A DNA stretch of 64,000 nucleotides, taken from the IMG/VR virus record IMGVR_UViG_3300028423_000586, positions 4,943 to 68,942 of that record, one strand, 5' to 3'. The notes under the pieces were generated by a model. That model searched no databases, was not told the DNA's origin, and saw only the letters and a list, made by a program, of their open reading frames with translations. This stretch comes from a virus. The position numbers were made by a program, and so were the translations under genes. Positions 30,210 through 38,955 of this stretch are shown one piece after another; position 1 is the first letter of the stretch; every line of letters begins with the position of its first letter.

Positions 30210-31826
30210 TTACACTACATAAGAATTAATACTAGCGTCATCCTCGTTGTCTGAGCCATAGCTGAGAGGTGAACCCCATTGGCTATTAGAGCCTGTAAAA
30301 CCTTCAGTCATATTAGCACTTGGTCGCCATGCATTCATGACAGTTAACTGACTAAGCAAGTCAAGGGCATCATCTTGGGCTGATTTGAAACCACCGACTG
30401 TAGCTGATTGGAGTTCTTCTACCATTTCCACTACTAATGGGTGGTCTTGCATGTCTTCAGGTAAGTGAATAACCCCTTGCTTGAACCATGGAACAACGTT
30501 CATATGGAAACGGTCAAACTTTTGGGCTGTTGGTCTTATGCCCGGCTTACCACCATTATTGTCTGAAGCCAAATTGAAGAAGCAATTTCTCTCCATCATG
30601 CTTTGACCTAATAAGCTTATGAAACCTCCTTGCTGTCCTGATACCTCAATACCAACACTTAATGGGGAGTACTGTTGTACAAGTCTAAATAGGTCATCTA
30701 TGTTTTTATCCATAGTTTGGCGTCTACAGATACCATCTACTAAGAACCATTGACCTATATGGTTTACAGCAAAAACACCTATTGTACTAAAGTCAGCTTT
30801 AGCTTCACCGGATGTAGCAAAGTCAGTCGTGATGTATACATTAAAGTTACTAATAGCCGGTAATAAGTGAGCACGTTTATACCACTTAATATCACTATCT
30901 AACACAATACGGTCTTCATCAGATGAGATTTTAAGCATCAGCTCTTGGTTAAATGCGTCTATCTGACCGGCGTCTTTAAGGGATTCATACTCAGCTTTAA
31001 TAAAGTCATAACTGAATCGGTCTTCCCATGCACCTCTAAAGTCCTCTCGTGTACAAGGGAACTTCTCACATATAGGGTACACACGGGTATTCCATGCTTT
31101 ACTACCTGCTGCTTTATATAAAGGGTCTTTCTTGTTAAAAGGTGTACCTGTCCAGACAACTTTACGTTTCTTAGGGTGCATTGCCTGTCTTGCAGCTTTA
31201 TATATGATGTTAGTTATATCTTTAACGATAGTAGGTGATTCAGCATTTTTATCAGACATTAAGTCATCAAAACCACACCAAGTAGGACGTTTACCATACT
31301 CTTTAAAACCACGAACACCTGTATTAGCACCAAAACCACGAACACAGAACTTGTGTCCTTCTAGGTTAATAAATTCCCATCGAACATCAGTAAAGTTAGC
31401 TTCAGGTATATACTTCTGTAGAAACTCAGAATTCTCATAACGGAATTGTAGGTTTTTACGCATACTCTTAACACCATTATCAATGGTATCTGAAACATAC
31501 ATAGCTACTTCTACATTACCGAAGTCAAAGAATTCACCGTAAGTACCCATATAAAGGAAAGCGTACTCATGCAATGCTGTTGTTTTGGCTGTACCACGGG
31601 CAGCAACAAATAAGTTGTTATCCTTAGCTATAGCGTTATCAAGCATATCTAAGTGAATAACAGGGGATTTGTTTTCTTCCCCCTCTACACCATTAACCAT
31701 TTTGATAAAGTTAATAAACTCGATAGCATTAGCACTTGGTTTATACTGGGTATTCATAAAAGCATAGTCTACTTCAGAAAGTAGTTTCTCTAAGCTTCTA
31801 TTAATACCATCTGTCTTAGTTGCCAT
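30210..31826 (-). CDS. Terminase large subunit (N4 gp68-like)
   Basis: ARGTAKTT Walker A, GFDDL Walker B, ITTDFATS nuclease motif, QDDALD. Confidence 0.95.
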   Translation of the reverse strand: MATKTDGINRSLEKLLSEVDYAFMNTQYKPSANAIEFINFIKMVNGVEGEENKSPVIHLDMLDNAIAKDNNLFVAARGTAKTTALHEYAFLYMGTYGEFFDFGNVEVAMYVSDTIDNGVKSMRKNLQFRYENSEFLQKYIPEANFTDVRWEFINLEGHKFCVRGFGANTGVRGFKEYGKRPTWCGFDDLMSDKNAESPTIVKDITNIIYKAARQAMHPKKRKVVWTGTPFNKKDPLYKAAGSKAWNTRVYPICEKFPCTREDFRGAWEDRFSYDFIKAEYESLKDAGQIDAFNQELMLKISSDEDRIVLDSDIKWYKRAHLLPAISNFNVYITTDFATSGEAKADFSTIGVFAVNHIGQWFLVDGICRRQTMDKNIDDLFRLVQQYSPLSVGIEVSGQQGGFISLLGQSMMERNCFFNLASDNNGGKPGIRPTAQKFDRFHMNVVPWFKQGVIHLPEDMQDHPLVVEMVEELQSATVGGFKSAQDDALDLLSQLTVMNAWRPSANMTEGFTGSNSQWGSPLSYGSDNEDDASINSYVV

Positions 31827-32520
31827 CAGCTACCTCTGTACATTCACCATCAAAAATACGTGTTTCTGCTATCTCTTTAGAGGTAGAAGTACCGTTATTG
31901 ACTAAATCAGCTTGTTGAGCTGCTATCTGTCTTTGTAGGTTTTTAAGTTCAGTAAGCGTATCTGACTCTTTAATACCTACATCAAGTTCAACTTTAGCCG
32001 GTTCAGGACGTTTAAGATGGTTAAGAATACTGTTAGCTGCATCACTACGTACTTTTGGACTAACACTATTATCTCGCATAATTTCCATTTGAGTATTAAT
32101 AGCTTCTTGATAGTTAGCAGCATTCAATACATAAGTAGGTACTAATGATTGCTCTAGTATTAAGTTAACTAGTTTATTTTTGTTGTAAGCAGTTACATAG
32201 CTTGCAATGTCTTTTTTACTTACACCCCGTTTTACATAATCATTATACTTATCAGGGAATGTCTTAACGAAAGCAACCATATTGGTATTGCCCATTAGTT
32301 TATAACTAACGTAACGAACAGCATCAATATAGCTAGTTACTTTAAATCTACCTTCTTTTAATACGTCTGTATAACCAATGATGTTATCTCTCATCATTTC
32401 AGCAGTATCAGGGTCTGATAGTACTTGGTTTACTTTATCTACAACATCAATATTAATGCGATTGTGCATCTGTTTAGGTAAACAACGTTTGAATTCTTCT
32501 GGAGTTAGTGTAACACTCAT
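31816..32520 (-). CDS. N4 gp69-like protein (probable terminase small subunit)
   Basis: VLKEGRFK, AVRYVSYKLMG, KVRSDAANSIL motifs. Confidence 0.8.
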   Translation of the reverse strand: MSVTLTPEEFKRCLPKQMHNRINIDVVDKVNQVLSDPDTAEMMRDNIIGYTDVLKEGRFKVTSYIDAVRYVSYKLMGNTNMVAFVKTFPDKYNDYVKRGVSKKDIASYVTAYNKNKLVNLILEQSLVPTYVLNAANYQEAINTQMEIMRDNSVSPKVRSDAANSILNHLKRPEPAKVELDVGIKESDTLTELKNLQRQIAAQQADLVNNGTSTSKEIAETRIFDGECTEVADGN

Positions 32521-32584
32521 ATTACCCTTACCTTACCTAGTTAGTGTATAGGGCTAATATAGTAAAACTCATGAGGAAAGTACA

Positions 32585-32770
32585 ATGCCAGAAACTAAAG
32601 ACCCTGTTGAAAATACAAAAGTTGTAGAAGAAGCGAAAGAGTCAAAAGGTAAACCTACTTATCAAGCAGAACGTGTTACTACACAAGCTGCTCAAAAGAA
32701 GGTAGAGGAGTCACGACGTAAAGCACCTAATATTGACCCTCTAGCCCCACCTACTCGATATAAGAAGTAA
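32585..32770 (+). CDS. Hypothetical protein
   Basis: SD GAGGA, followed by a terminator. Confidence 0.7.
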   Translation: MPETKDPVENTKVVEEAKESKGKPTYQAERVTTQAAQKKVEESRRKAPNIDPLAPPTRYKK

Positions 32771-32788
32771 ATCTTAGATAGCTATAAC

Positions 32789-32817
32789 AAACCCCTACTT
32801 ATAGGGGTTTTCTTTTT
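32789..32817 (+). terminator. Rho-independent terminator
   Basis: AAACCCCTA-CTTA-TAGGGGTTT-TCTTTTT. Confidence 0.8.
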
Positions 32818-32843
32818 GGTTTTATATAAATAAGGAAACACCT

Positions 32844-33062
32844 ATGGCTACAGATTACAATACGCTGCTATTAAACATCGCCTCTGCTTTACCTGATACC
32901 CAAATTAATATTGATATAGAACTCCTCGAAGGTGTATTAGGTTACCCCGTAGATACAGATAATCCTGCTGAACTTTATGATACTTTAATTAATATCCAAG
33001 CAAAAACCCGTATCGACATAGCAAAAAAACTAATTGAACTATCTGAAGTGGAGAAAAAGTAA
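32844..33062 (+). CDS. Hypothetical protein
   Basis: SD AAGGA; start of a tightly packed operon. Confidence 0.7.
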   Translation: MATDYNTLLLNIASALPDTQINIDIELLEGVLGYPVDTDNPAELYDTLINIQAKTRIDIAKKLIELSEVEKK

Positions 33063-33437
33063 ATGAATTACGTACCTAAACCAGAATGGGCTAAATGGGC
33101 AGTTGGTGCCTTGGTAACCAAAGTAAGAGGTTCTTCTTGGACAGGACACATTGTAGGTTACTACTCAACTGGTCTAACTGAAGTAGGTTACTGTGTGGAA
33201 TCCGTAACAGAAAAAGGCAGTGTTCAAATCTACCCTGAATCAGCCTTGGAGTTAGTTCCTGCTTACCCTACAGAGTCTAAACCTGTATTGGCTGTTATTA
33301 CGCATCAAGGGTGCTTAGGTGCTCATACATGGAAAGAAGTTGTGTACTACGACACTGAAGCTAAGGCATGGAAATCATACCAAGGCAGCAAAACGTTTGA
33401 AGATGGCGAACAAGTATTAGGATGGTATTACGTATGA
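33063..33437 (+). CDS. DfrB/R67-type (type II) dihydrofolate reductase domain fused to an unknown C-terminal domain
   Basis: VTKVRGSSWTGHIVGYYSTGLTEVGYCVES...GSVQIYPESALE aligns by eye with R67 DHFR [30 protein letters not shown]...GSVQIYPVAALE. Confidence 0.85.
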   Translation: MNYVPKPEWAKWAVGALVTKVRGSSWTGHIVGYYSTGLTEVGYCVESVTEKGSVQIYPESALELVPAYPTESKPVLAVITHQGCLGAHTWKEVVYYDTEAKAWKSYQGSKTFEDGEQVLGWYYV

Positions 33438-34180
33438 TTTATACCGGAATAGGGAGTAGAGATACTCCTAAGGATATTCAATGGATTATGTCTCGTATTG
33501 GTTATGGTATGGCTAAACGTGGTCATACCTTACGTTCAGGCAGAGCAGATGGGGCAGACCAAGCCTTTGAAAAGGGTTTTTTCTCTTATCACGATGATGT
33601 TAACAAGTACTACAAAGTGAGACCCTCTCATGTAACCCCTATGCAAGAGTTAGCAGAGCTATATAAACCATGGCGTAACTTTGCCTACGTGCCTTCTGTA
33701 TGGGATATCTTACCTACCGATGACCCTAAATTGTGGTCTAAGGCTTTACAGATAGTAAGAGATATACATCCTAATCCAGATGCTTTAACAGACGCAGCTA
33801 AGCTCCTACACGGCAGGAATGTATTTCAAGTATTAGGTAAAGACTTACTGACTCCCTCTGATTTCGTTATTTACTGGGCTAAAACAGATAAGTACGGTAC
33901 TCCTGTAGGCGGTACACGTACAGCAGTTAGGTTAGCCCAACTTAACAACATACCTACAATCAATATGCTTGACCCTGACTGGAATGCTCATTTTAAGGAG
34001 TTAGTTAACCTATCTGGAAAAAAGCCTAAGTCTTGTGAGGATATGACCTTTACTCAATATAACCCAAAAGGTAAATCTCTTTTAGATGAGCTTAAAAACT
34101 ACAACCCCACTAAAACTAACGAAGAGAATCCCCGAACTGCATTTTTTAATGCATGGGGTTCTGTATGGGATGAACTATGA
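33434..34180 (+). CDS. SLOG/DprA-like nucleotide-binding protein
   Basis: YTGIGSR.TP, LRSGRADGADQAFE, RNVFQVLG, GGTRTAVRLA motifs. Confidence 0.75.
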   Translation: MIYTGIGSRDTPKDIQWIMSRIGYGMAKRGHTLRSGRADGADQAFEKGFFSYHDDVNKYYKVRPSHVTPMQELAELYKPWRNFAYVPSVWDILPTDDPKLWSKALQIVRDIHPNPDALTDAAKLLHGRNVFQVLGKDLLTPSDFVIYWAKTDKYGTPVGGTRTAVRLAQLNNIPTINMLDPDWNAHFKELVNLSGKKPKSCEDMTFTQYNPKGKSLLDELKNYNPTKTNEENPRTAFFNAWGSVWDEL

Positions 34181-34548
34181 AACTTACTGATGAACAATGG
34201 TGGGCTATATCTGATTATGCATCTCAGCCCATTCCATTAAGAGATGCTGACCTCACTAGACCTTTTCTTTATGTTAGAGGTTACGGGGTTTTCTATATTG
34301 ATATGGGATGTCACCAGTTAGTTAGTGCTCTTATTTACACATGGATGCAAGGGAAACTCGACATCTTTGACTTAGTAGATGAAGGTGTATTAGAAGCTAC
34401 TTCTTGTTATGAGGTAGCTGCAACTAGACTGACTGAATTAGACGGTGTTGCCTCTCTATCTAATGTAGGTAGAGATATAATTTACGCATCTAAACTTAAT
34501 TACGCAGAAAAAACTTATATCAAAGAATATGAGCCTTACATTCATTAA
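34177..34548 (+). CDS. Hypothetical protein
   Basis: ATGA overlap with the upstream stop. Confidence 0.7.
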   Translation: MKLTDEQWWAISDYASQPIPLRDADLTRPFLYVRGYGVFYIDMGCHQLVSALIYTWMQGKLDIFDLVDEGVLEATSCYEVAATRLTELDGVASLSNVGRDIIYASKLNYAEKTYIKEYEPYIH

Positions 34549-34558
34549 AGGACACTAT

Positions 34559-34747
34559 ATGAATTTAATTGATTTAGAAGTAATTGAGGTTCTCTCAGAA
34601 CCTGAAAAACATACCTTTTCTCTAGGTGAGTACTGGACAGTAGATGTTAAAGTTACCGCTTATGGAAGAGTAGGTAAAAGCCAAGTTATGTGCAAAACCA
34701 AAGAAGAAGCAGATAACATCAAAGTTGGATACAAGTATCAAGGATAA
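34559..34747 (+). CDS. Hypothetical small beta-rich protein
   Basis: SD AAGGA before ATG 34559. Confidence 0.65.
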   Translation: MNLIDLEVIEVLSEPEKHTFSLGEYWTVDVKVTAYGRVGKSQVMCKTKEEADNIKVGYKYQG

Positions 34748-34750
34748 CTT

Positions 34751-34948
34751 ATGCATAAATCCAGAAGTCAAGCTGCTATAGAAGAAGACACATTCAAACA
34801 TATAGCTAATTGTGATAGTTCGGTAAGAACTATAAATGATATACACAAATACATATCCAATAAGGAAAGTAGTATTGTTTCTTGTATGCAGCAACAAGAA
34901 GCTCTATATCAACACTTACAGCTTATTGGTTATGTAGCTTTTAGGTAG
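34751..34948 (+). CDS. Hypothetical protein
   Basis: Packed operon, SD AAGGA. Confidence 0.6.
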   Translation: MHKSRSQAAIEEDTFKHIANCDSSVRTINDIHKYISNKESSIVSCMQQQEALYQHLQLIGYVAFR

Positions 34949-34955
34949 GATAGCC

Positions 34956-35246
34956 ATGGAATATATTCAGTTTGTACAGACCCGTAAAATTAAGTGTAAA
35001 TATGGGGATGCCATTGAAACTAACGCAATGGATGTAGGTTCTTTTATAGGTTCTATTACACACTTCCCTACAATAGCCAATGGGACTAAACAAGGTGAGA
35101 TTGTAGCTGAAATCAAAACTAAAGCTGGGTATGTTCACGCACATATCAATGATTACATAGTTAGAAATAACGATGGCAGTTTTAGTGTCTTCAGTCCTAT
35201 TGAGTTTAACAATCAAGTAAAGGAAGTTAATCAATGGCTTGGTTAG
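34956..35246 (+). CDS. Small phage protein with (G/N)DYIV...G.F...P..F motif (PGDYG-like)
   Basis: INDYIVRNNDGSFSVFSPIEF. Confidence 0.6.
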   Translation: MEYIQFVQTRKIKCKYGDAIETNAMDVGSFIGSITHFPTIANGTKQGEIVAEIKTKAGYVHAHINDYIVRNNDGSFSVFSPIEFNNQVKEVNQWLG

Positions 35247-35506
35247 AAAAGATAGATATGATTCTTCATTATCAAGATGGTACTACTATTTCTAAACCTA
35301 ATATTCCTTTTTGGGGTTTAAGATATAGGCATGAAAAGAAATACGTAGGTAACCATAAAAGAAGACCTATTAGGATATCTATACAGGGTTCATTTTCTTT
35401 AGATTCAGAAAGAATGGAATGGTTACTTAAGTATGAGAATCAAGTATTACATCCTATCTTATCTAAAGGCATATGGGTTAATGGGGTTAAGTTATCTAAT
35501 AAGTAA
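35234..35506 (+). CDS. Hypothetical protein
   Basis: Last ORF before the AT-rich non-coding region. Confidence 0.6.
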   Translation: MAWLEKIDMILHYQDGTTISKPNIPFWGLRYRHEKKYVGNHKRRPIRISIQGSFSLDSERMEWLLKYENQVLHPILSKGIWVNGVKLSNK

Positions 35507-35520
35507 CTAGTATTTACGTA

Positions 35521-35539
35521 ATTGAGAATTATTCTTATT
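35521..35539. promoter_or_regulatory. Fur-box-like palindrome
   Basis: ATTGAGAAT-T-ATTCTTATT, two mismatches from the 9-1-9 form AATGAGAATNATTCTCATT. Confidence 0.45.
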
Positions 35540-35555
35540 TACAAAAAGGTCTGAT

Positions 35556-35645
35556 AGATTTTTATAATATGAGTACTGATGTAGTTAAGATTTATTATAA
35601 TTTGATACTGATGTGTAATTTATGATTTTTATTATTTTGAGGTTG
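35556..35645. repeat. Degenerate 32-35 bp tandem repeat, about 2.5 copies
   Basis: AGATTTTTATAATATGAGTACTGATGT / AGATTTATTATAATTTGATACTGATGT / TGATTTTTATTATTTTGA. Confidence 0.55.
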
Positions 35646-35723
35646 AGTGAAAAATAGCTATATTAGTATTGATGCAGTACTACCTAGTTGAATCAACTAA
35701 AAACTAAACTATCCCCCCCATAC

Positions 35724-35743
35724 TCGCTTTGCTCGGTAAACGG
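35724..35743 (+). promoter_or_regulatory. Candidate early (vRNAP) promoter 1
   Basis: TCGCTTTGCTC-N7-GG, identical 11-mer and spacing at three early intergenic sites. Confidence 0.65.
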
Positions 35744-35769
35744 TAATTACAAACATAGGATACATACCC

Positions 35770-36003
35770 ATGGTTAACGTTAACTTAGTTGCAGCTTGTC
35801 GTTCATTCTTCTCATTCATTACTACGTTCTTCTCAGCTATGGAACGTAACGCTAAGACATTCGATAACATTTCGAAACTTGGTGAACAATGGTCAGACCA
35901 TCAGGTTAAGGAACAAGACATCCTTAATGAGCAACGCTTAGCTGACATGAAATCTAAAGCAGAGAAGAAGTACGAGAACGAAAAGAAACAGTGGAATCTG
36001 TAA
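35770..36003 (+). CDS. First early gene (positional equivalent of N4 gp1)
   Basis: SD AGGA, flanked by candidate promoter and terminator. Confidence 0.75.
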   Translation: MVNVNLVAACRSFFSFITTFFSAMERNAKTFDNISKLGEQWSDHQVKEQDILNEQRLADMKSKAEKKYENEKKQWNL

Positions 36004-36010
36004 TATAACC

Positions 36011-36030
36011 AAGGACTCTTCGGAGTCCTT
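36011..36030 (+). terminator. Terminator hairpin with cUUCGg tetraloop
   Basis: AAGGACTC-TTCG-GAGTCCTT. Confidence 0.8.
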
Positions 36031-36197
36031 ATTCCTTTTAACACAACACAAACACAACACATCCAGATAGTCAGATAGATAAGAGTATATAGCTCTATAT
36101 CAAATCCTCAGCTTCTCTAAGCATGTTCTCATACCTTACTCATCCAATCATACTCTGTAGGTATATCTCCTCTTAGAATGCGTTAGAGAGCTTCTGA

Positions 36198-36260
36198 TTC
36201 CTTATAACCAAATGTTATTAGACATTCCGTTCCTTATAACAAATCGTTATTGGACTTTGT
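36198..36260. repeat. Two imperfect 31-32 bp direct repeats, each with an internal ATAAC/GTTAT palindrome
   Basis: TTCCTTATAACCAAATGTTATTAGACATT / TTCCTTATAACAAATCGTTATTGGACTTT. Confidence 0.7.
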
Positions 36261-36573
36261 CCTTGACAAGAACCAAGATATTAATACTCCATAATCAATC
36301 ATTCATTACCCATCAGGGATGATGGTATTAGTATTAATATATTTATTAGTCTCTTATACATACGTAAGAGAGTAGAGATAGAGGTACTACATTTTACTGT
36401 TATACTCTCTATCTCTGTATTCATACTTTCCTCTTCCTATATCCTAATCACATTCCCTTCAAATCTATACCTTACCTAAATACTATCTCTTACCCTTACA
36501 TTTCCTTAACTATGTAAACTCATATTCTTTTCCAATTTACTATCTGTATATTTAAACAGTTCTGTACTCTTTG

Positions 36574-36593
36574 TCGCTTTGCTCCGTTTTTGG
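36574..36593 (+). promoter_or_regulatory. Candidate early (vRNAP) promoter 2
   Basis: TCGCTTTGCTC-CGTTTTT-GG upstream of the gp2-like gene. Confidence 0.65.
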
Positions 36594-36641
36594 ATATTGT
36601 GTCCTTTTTATTAATTAACTAAACAGTACGGAGTACTTATT

Positions 36642-36965
36642 ATGTCTAAAGAATCAATCTGGAACTCAAACGAAACTGAAGCAACTAACCAAACTGACGT
36701 TTACCTAAACGTTGAACTTCAAGTTGCTGAAGATGTAACAATTCGTATGCCTCTTAACTGTCCTGTCAGTGAAGACATTAAAGGTATGTCAGCTAACCAA
36801 CGTAAGCTAATGGAATTGCTGTTGGCTAAAGTTGATGAAGCTATGGAGCTTCCTGAAGGTGATGAGCGTAATGCAGCATTGACAATCAATGTGCCTGTTA
36901 AATGTACGCTATTCAAACGTGGCAGCAAAGAAGCTGATACAACTGGTTGGGCAGCTAACCTGTAA
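36642..36965 (+). CDS. N4 gp2-like ssDNA-binding activator of RNAP II
   Basis: VYLNVE..IRMPLNCPV..NQRKLMELLL resembles the N4 gp2 pattern (FWLNIG..ISLPTGIPL..QNDLLEQL); second early transcription unit. Confidence 0.65.
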   Translation: MSKESIWNSNETEATNQTDVYLNVELQVAEDVTIRMPLNCPVSEDIKGMSANQRKLMELLLAKVDEAMELPEGDERNAALTINVPVKCTLFKRGSKEADTTGWAANL

Positions 36966-36974
36966 TACTCAGTT

Positions 36975-37005
36975 AATCCCTGACTCATTTGAGTTGGGGA
37001 TTTTT
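36975..37005 (+). terminator. Rho-independent terminator
   Basis: AATCCCTGACTC-ATTT-GAGTTGGGATT plus T-tract. Confidence 0.75.
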
Positions 37006-37040
37006 ATTTACTAATAGATAACCAACAGAGGTATCCACCA

Positions 37041-37208
37041 ATGATTACAGAAGCCTTGTCATTCCCTTTGAAGACTATCCATAAAGACACAGAAATTGTT
37101 GACGCTAATGGTGAACTAGTACTTATAGCTGCTGATGATTCAGTAAATATGGTAGCTATTTGTGAAGCCTTAAATAAGCAAGCAAGTAAGGAACTTAACA
37201 ATGAATAA
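37041..37208 (+). CDS. Small early protein (55 aa, not in ORF track)
   Basis: SD GAGGT; MITEALSFPLKTIH...; stop overlaps the next gene. Confidence 0.65.
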   Translation: MITEALSFPLKTIHKDTEIVDANGELVLIAADDSVNMVAICEALNKQASKELNNE

Positions 37209-37599
37209 AGTAGTAATTCACTTATACGCTGAAGGTGATACTTTCGGAGTAGTACTAAACCCTAACAATACTATTAAAGCTGATAACTCAATATCTAAAT
37301 GTATTGCAGACTATGCAAACACTGTAGATGAGTACAAGAGTAGAAATGATATCACTTGGACTACATCCCTATCATTATTCAAACTTGTAATGGAATCATC
37401 CGTAGCAGTAACAGCAGTAGACGGTGATGTATTTCTACAGATGATGAATAAGCGTACTCATTATGTAAAGAAAGTAGGTAACCAAGCTTGTCCCTTATCT
37501 ATATCTGAATTAACCAAAGAAGAGATTGAACCTTACTTAAAAGACTGTATCAGTCTCAAAACAGGTCAAATTATGGAGTGGAATTTAAATGCAAACTAA
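37201..37599 (+). CDS. Hypothetical early protein
   Basis: SD AAGGA. Confidence 0.7.
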   Translation: MNKVVIHLYAEGDTFGVVLNPNNTIKADNSISKCIADYANTVDEYKSRNDITWTTSLSLFKLVMESSVAVTAVDGDVFLQMMNKRTHYVKKVGNQACPLSISELTKEEIEPYLKDCISLKTGQIMEWNLNAN

Positions 37600-37762
37600 A
37601 TGGGTATTAGAAGATTTTGATTATGAATCGGGTTGTTGGGTAATTGTAGCTATTGCTGACAATGAAGAACAACTAGAAACTGATGAAGGTTACACCTATG
37701 TAGGTAGTAATTATAATTCGCAGTTCACAACTCGAACTAGAGAAATAGCTTGGATAAACTAA
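37589..37762 (+). CDS. Small early protein (57 aa, not in ORF track)
   Basis: SD GGAG; MQTKWVLEDFDYESGCW...; fills the gap exactly. Confidence 0.65.
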   Translation: MQTKWVLEDFDYESGCWVIVAIADNEEQLETDEGYTYVGSNYNSQFTTRTREIAWIN

Positions 37763-37771
37763 GAGGTTAAT

Positions 37772-38032
37772 ATGAAATCTGCAATTGAAATACAAGCTAT
37801 GCTTGACGAATTAAGTAAAAACCCTATCGTAGATAATCCTCAGTATACCTGTCACGAAAAAAGCGGTTTTGAAGTCATAACAATAACTGTAGATAAGTGT
37901 CAGTATAGTATTGACAATGAAGGTGACGTTAAACTGGATTCAGATTATTACCGAATTCCAGTAGTACATATAAATACCTTAAATAAAGTAGTACCTATAC
38001 TTAATGATATTCACTCAAAATACTTTAACTAA
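37772..38032 (+). CDS. Hypothetical early protein
   Basis: SD GAGG. Confidence 0.7.
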   Translation: MKSAIEIQAMLDELSKNPIVDNPQYTCHEKSGFEVITITVDKCQYSIDNEGDVKLDSDYYRIPVVHINTLNKVVPILNDIHSKYFN

Positions 38033-38062
38033 ATCTATTCCCCAAACAAAGAGACTAATATT

Positions 38063-38191
38063 ATGCTTCAACTAAAACAAAACCAATTCGATACTATGGA
38101 TGAGTTAATGGAATTCGTTAACGAGTTACTATTATCTCACAGAGAACCAGAAGAAGAACATACCAATCCAGTAATCATTAACGGTATGTAA
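38063..38191 (+). CDS. Small acidic early protein (42 aa, not in ORF track)
   Basis: MLQLKQNQFDTMDELMEF...; leader nearly identical to that of ORF 38563. Confidence 0.6.
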   Translation: MLQLKQNQFDTMDELMEFVNELLLSHREPEEEHTNPVIINGM

Positions 38192-38200
38192 GGAACTATT

Positions 38201-38413
38201 ATGATTGATTATCTAATAGCAGGTATGGGCACTCTAATAACGGTAGTGTTCTCTTATGCACTGGGTGATAATGTATTAGGTGAAGACCTTTACTCTAAAC
38301 CTATTATGTGGGCACTACTTAAATTAGGTCTAGGTCTTATATTACTAACATTTATAGTAGGTATAGCAGCAGCTATAATAGGTATATTTATAACCATACA
38401 TAGTAACCTATGA
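38201..38413 (+). CDS. Small membrane protein
   Basis: Two hydrophobic segments; SD AAGGA. Confidence 0.7.
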   Translation: MIDYLIAGMGTLITVVFSYALGDNVLGEDLYSKPIMWALLKLGLGLILLTFIVGIAAAIIGIFITIHSNL

Positions 38414-38505
38414 ATCCCTTAGTTATAGAAGTAATTAAAGGTGGAACAATCGGTATCGGTTGTTTCGCCTTACTTTACTTAATTATATATCTAGGTAATA
38501 GATAG
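38410..38505 (+). CDS. 31-aa membrane peptide (not in ORF track)
   Basis: ATGA overlap; MNPLVIEVIKGGTIGIGCFALLYLIIYLGNR. Confidence 0.5.
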   Translation: MNPLVIEVIKGGTIGIGCFALLYLIIYLGNR

Positions 38506-38562
38506 TCTTTGTTTATTACCTTGTCTTCTCCCTTCGATTCCCTAACCAAAGAGATAGTTATT

Positions 38563-38955
38563 ATGAATATTGTAATCCTAGAAGAACTTAAAACAAATGC
38601 ACTCTACTTAATACATAACCAAAGTAATAGGTTTGATATTTATGACTTTTATACTTGTTTAATACTTCATGATTTAAGTAAGTATGCCCCTAAATACACA
38701 CTTAGTATACTTGATGTGTTTAAAGTAGATTTTGTAAAACTTCATAATATACCTGATGAAGTAGCTCGTTATAATACCTTTATTAATAAATGGTGTGAGC
38801 CTTCCGTTGGTACTTGTCTTGATTTTAATAGTACCAACAAAGGTAACTTAACCTTATGGCGTAAGTGTTGGCTTTACTTCATTGTAAACAAATGCGATGC
38901 AATACTTAAATCCAAAAAAGGACTTACTAATGTGGATGAAAATAGTAACCCGTAA
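38563..38955 (+). CDS. Hypothetical early protein
   Basis: ATG 38563 preceded by the conserved leader. Confidence 0.65.
   Translation: MNIVILEELKTNALYLIHNQSNRFDIYDFYTCLILHDLSKYAPKYTLSILDVFKVDFVKLHNIPDEVARYNTFINKWCEPSVGTCLDFNSTNKGNLTLWRKCWLYFIVNKCDAILKSKKGLTNVDENSNP

Larger units (their letters stand above)
35507..35720. other. Probable genome terminus / terminal-repeat region
   Basis: AT-rich non-coding stretch between post-terminase genes and the first early promoter, where N4-like genomes end. Confidence 0.55.

Noticed and set aside
36198-36270. Mini CRISPR array
   Set aside because: Repeats are adjacent with no spacers, only two imperfect copies, and no cas genes
36263-36295. sigma70 promoter at a perfect TTGACA
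   Set aside because: No acceptable -10 at 16-18 bp; CATAAT is 21 bp away
37004-37201. Minus-strand 65-aa ORF
   Set aside because: Better explained by the plus-strand 55-aa ORF 37041..37208 with a clear SD
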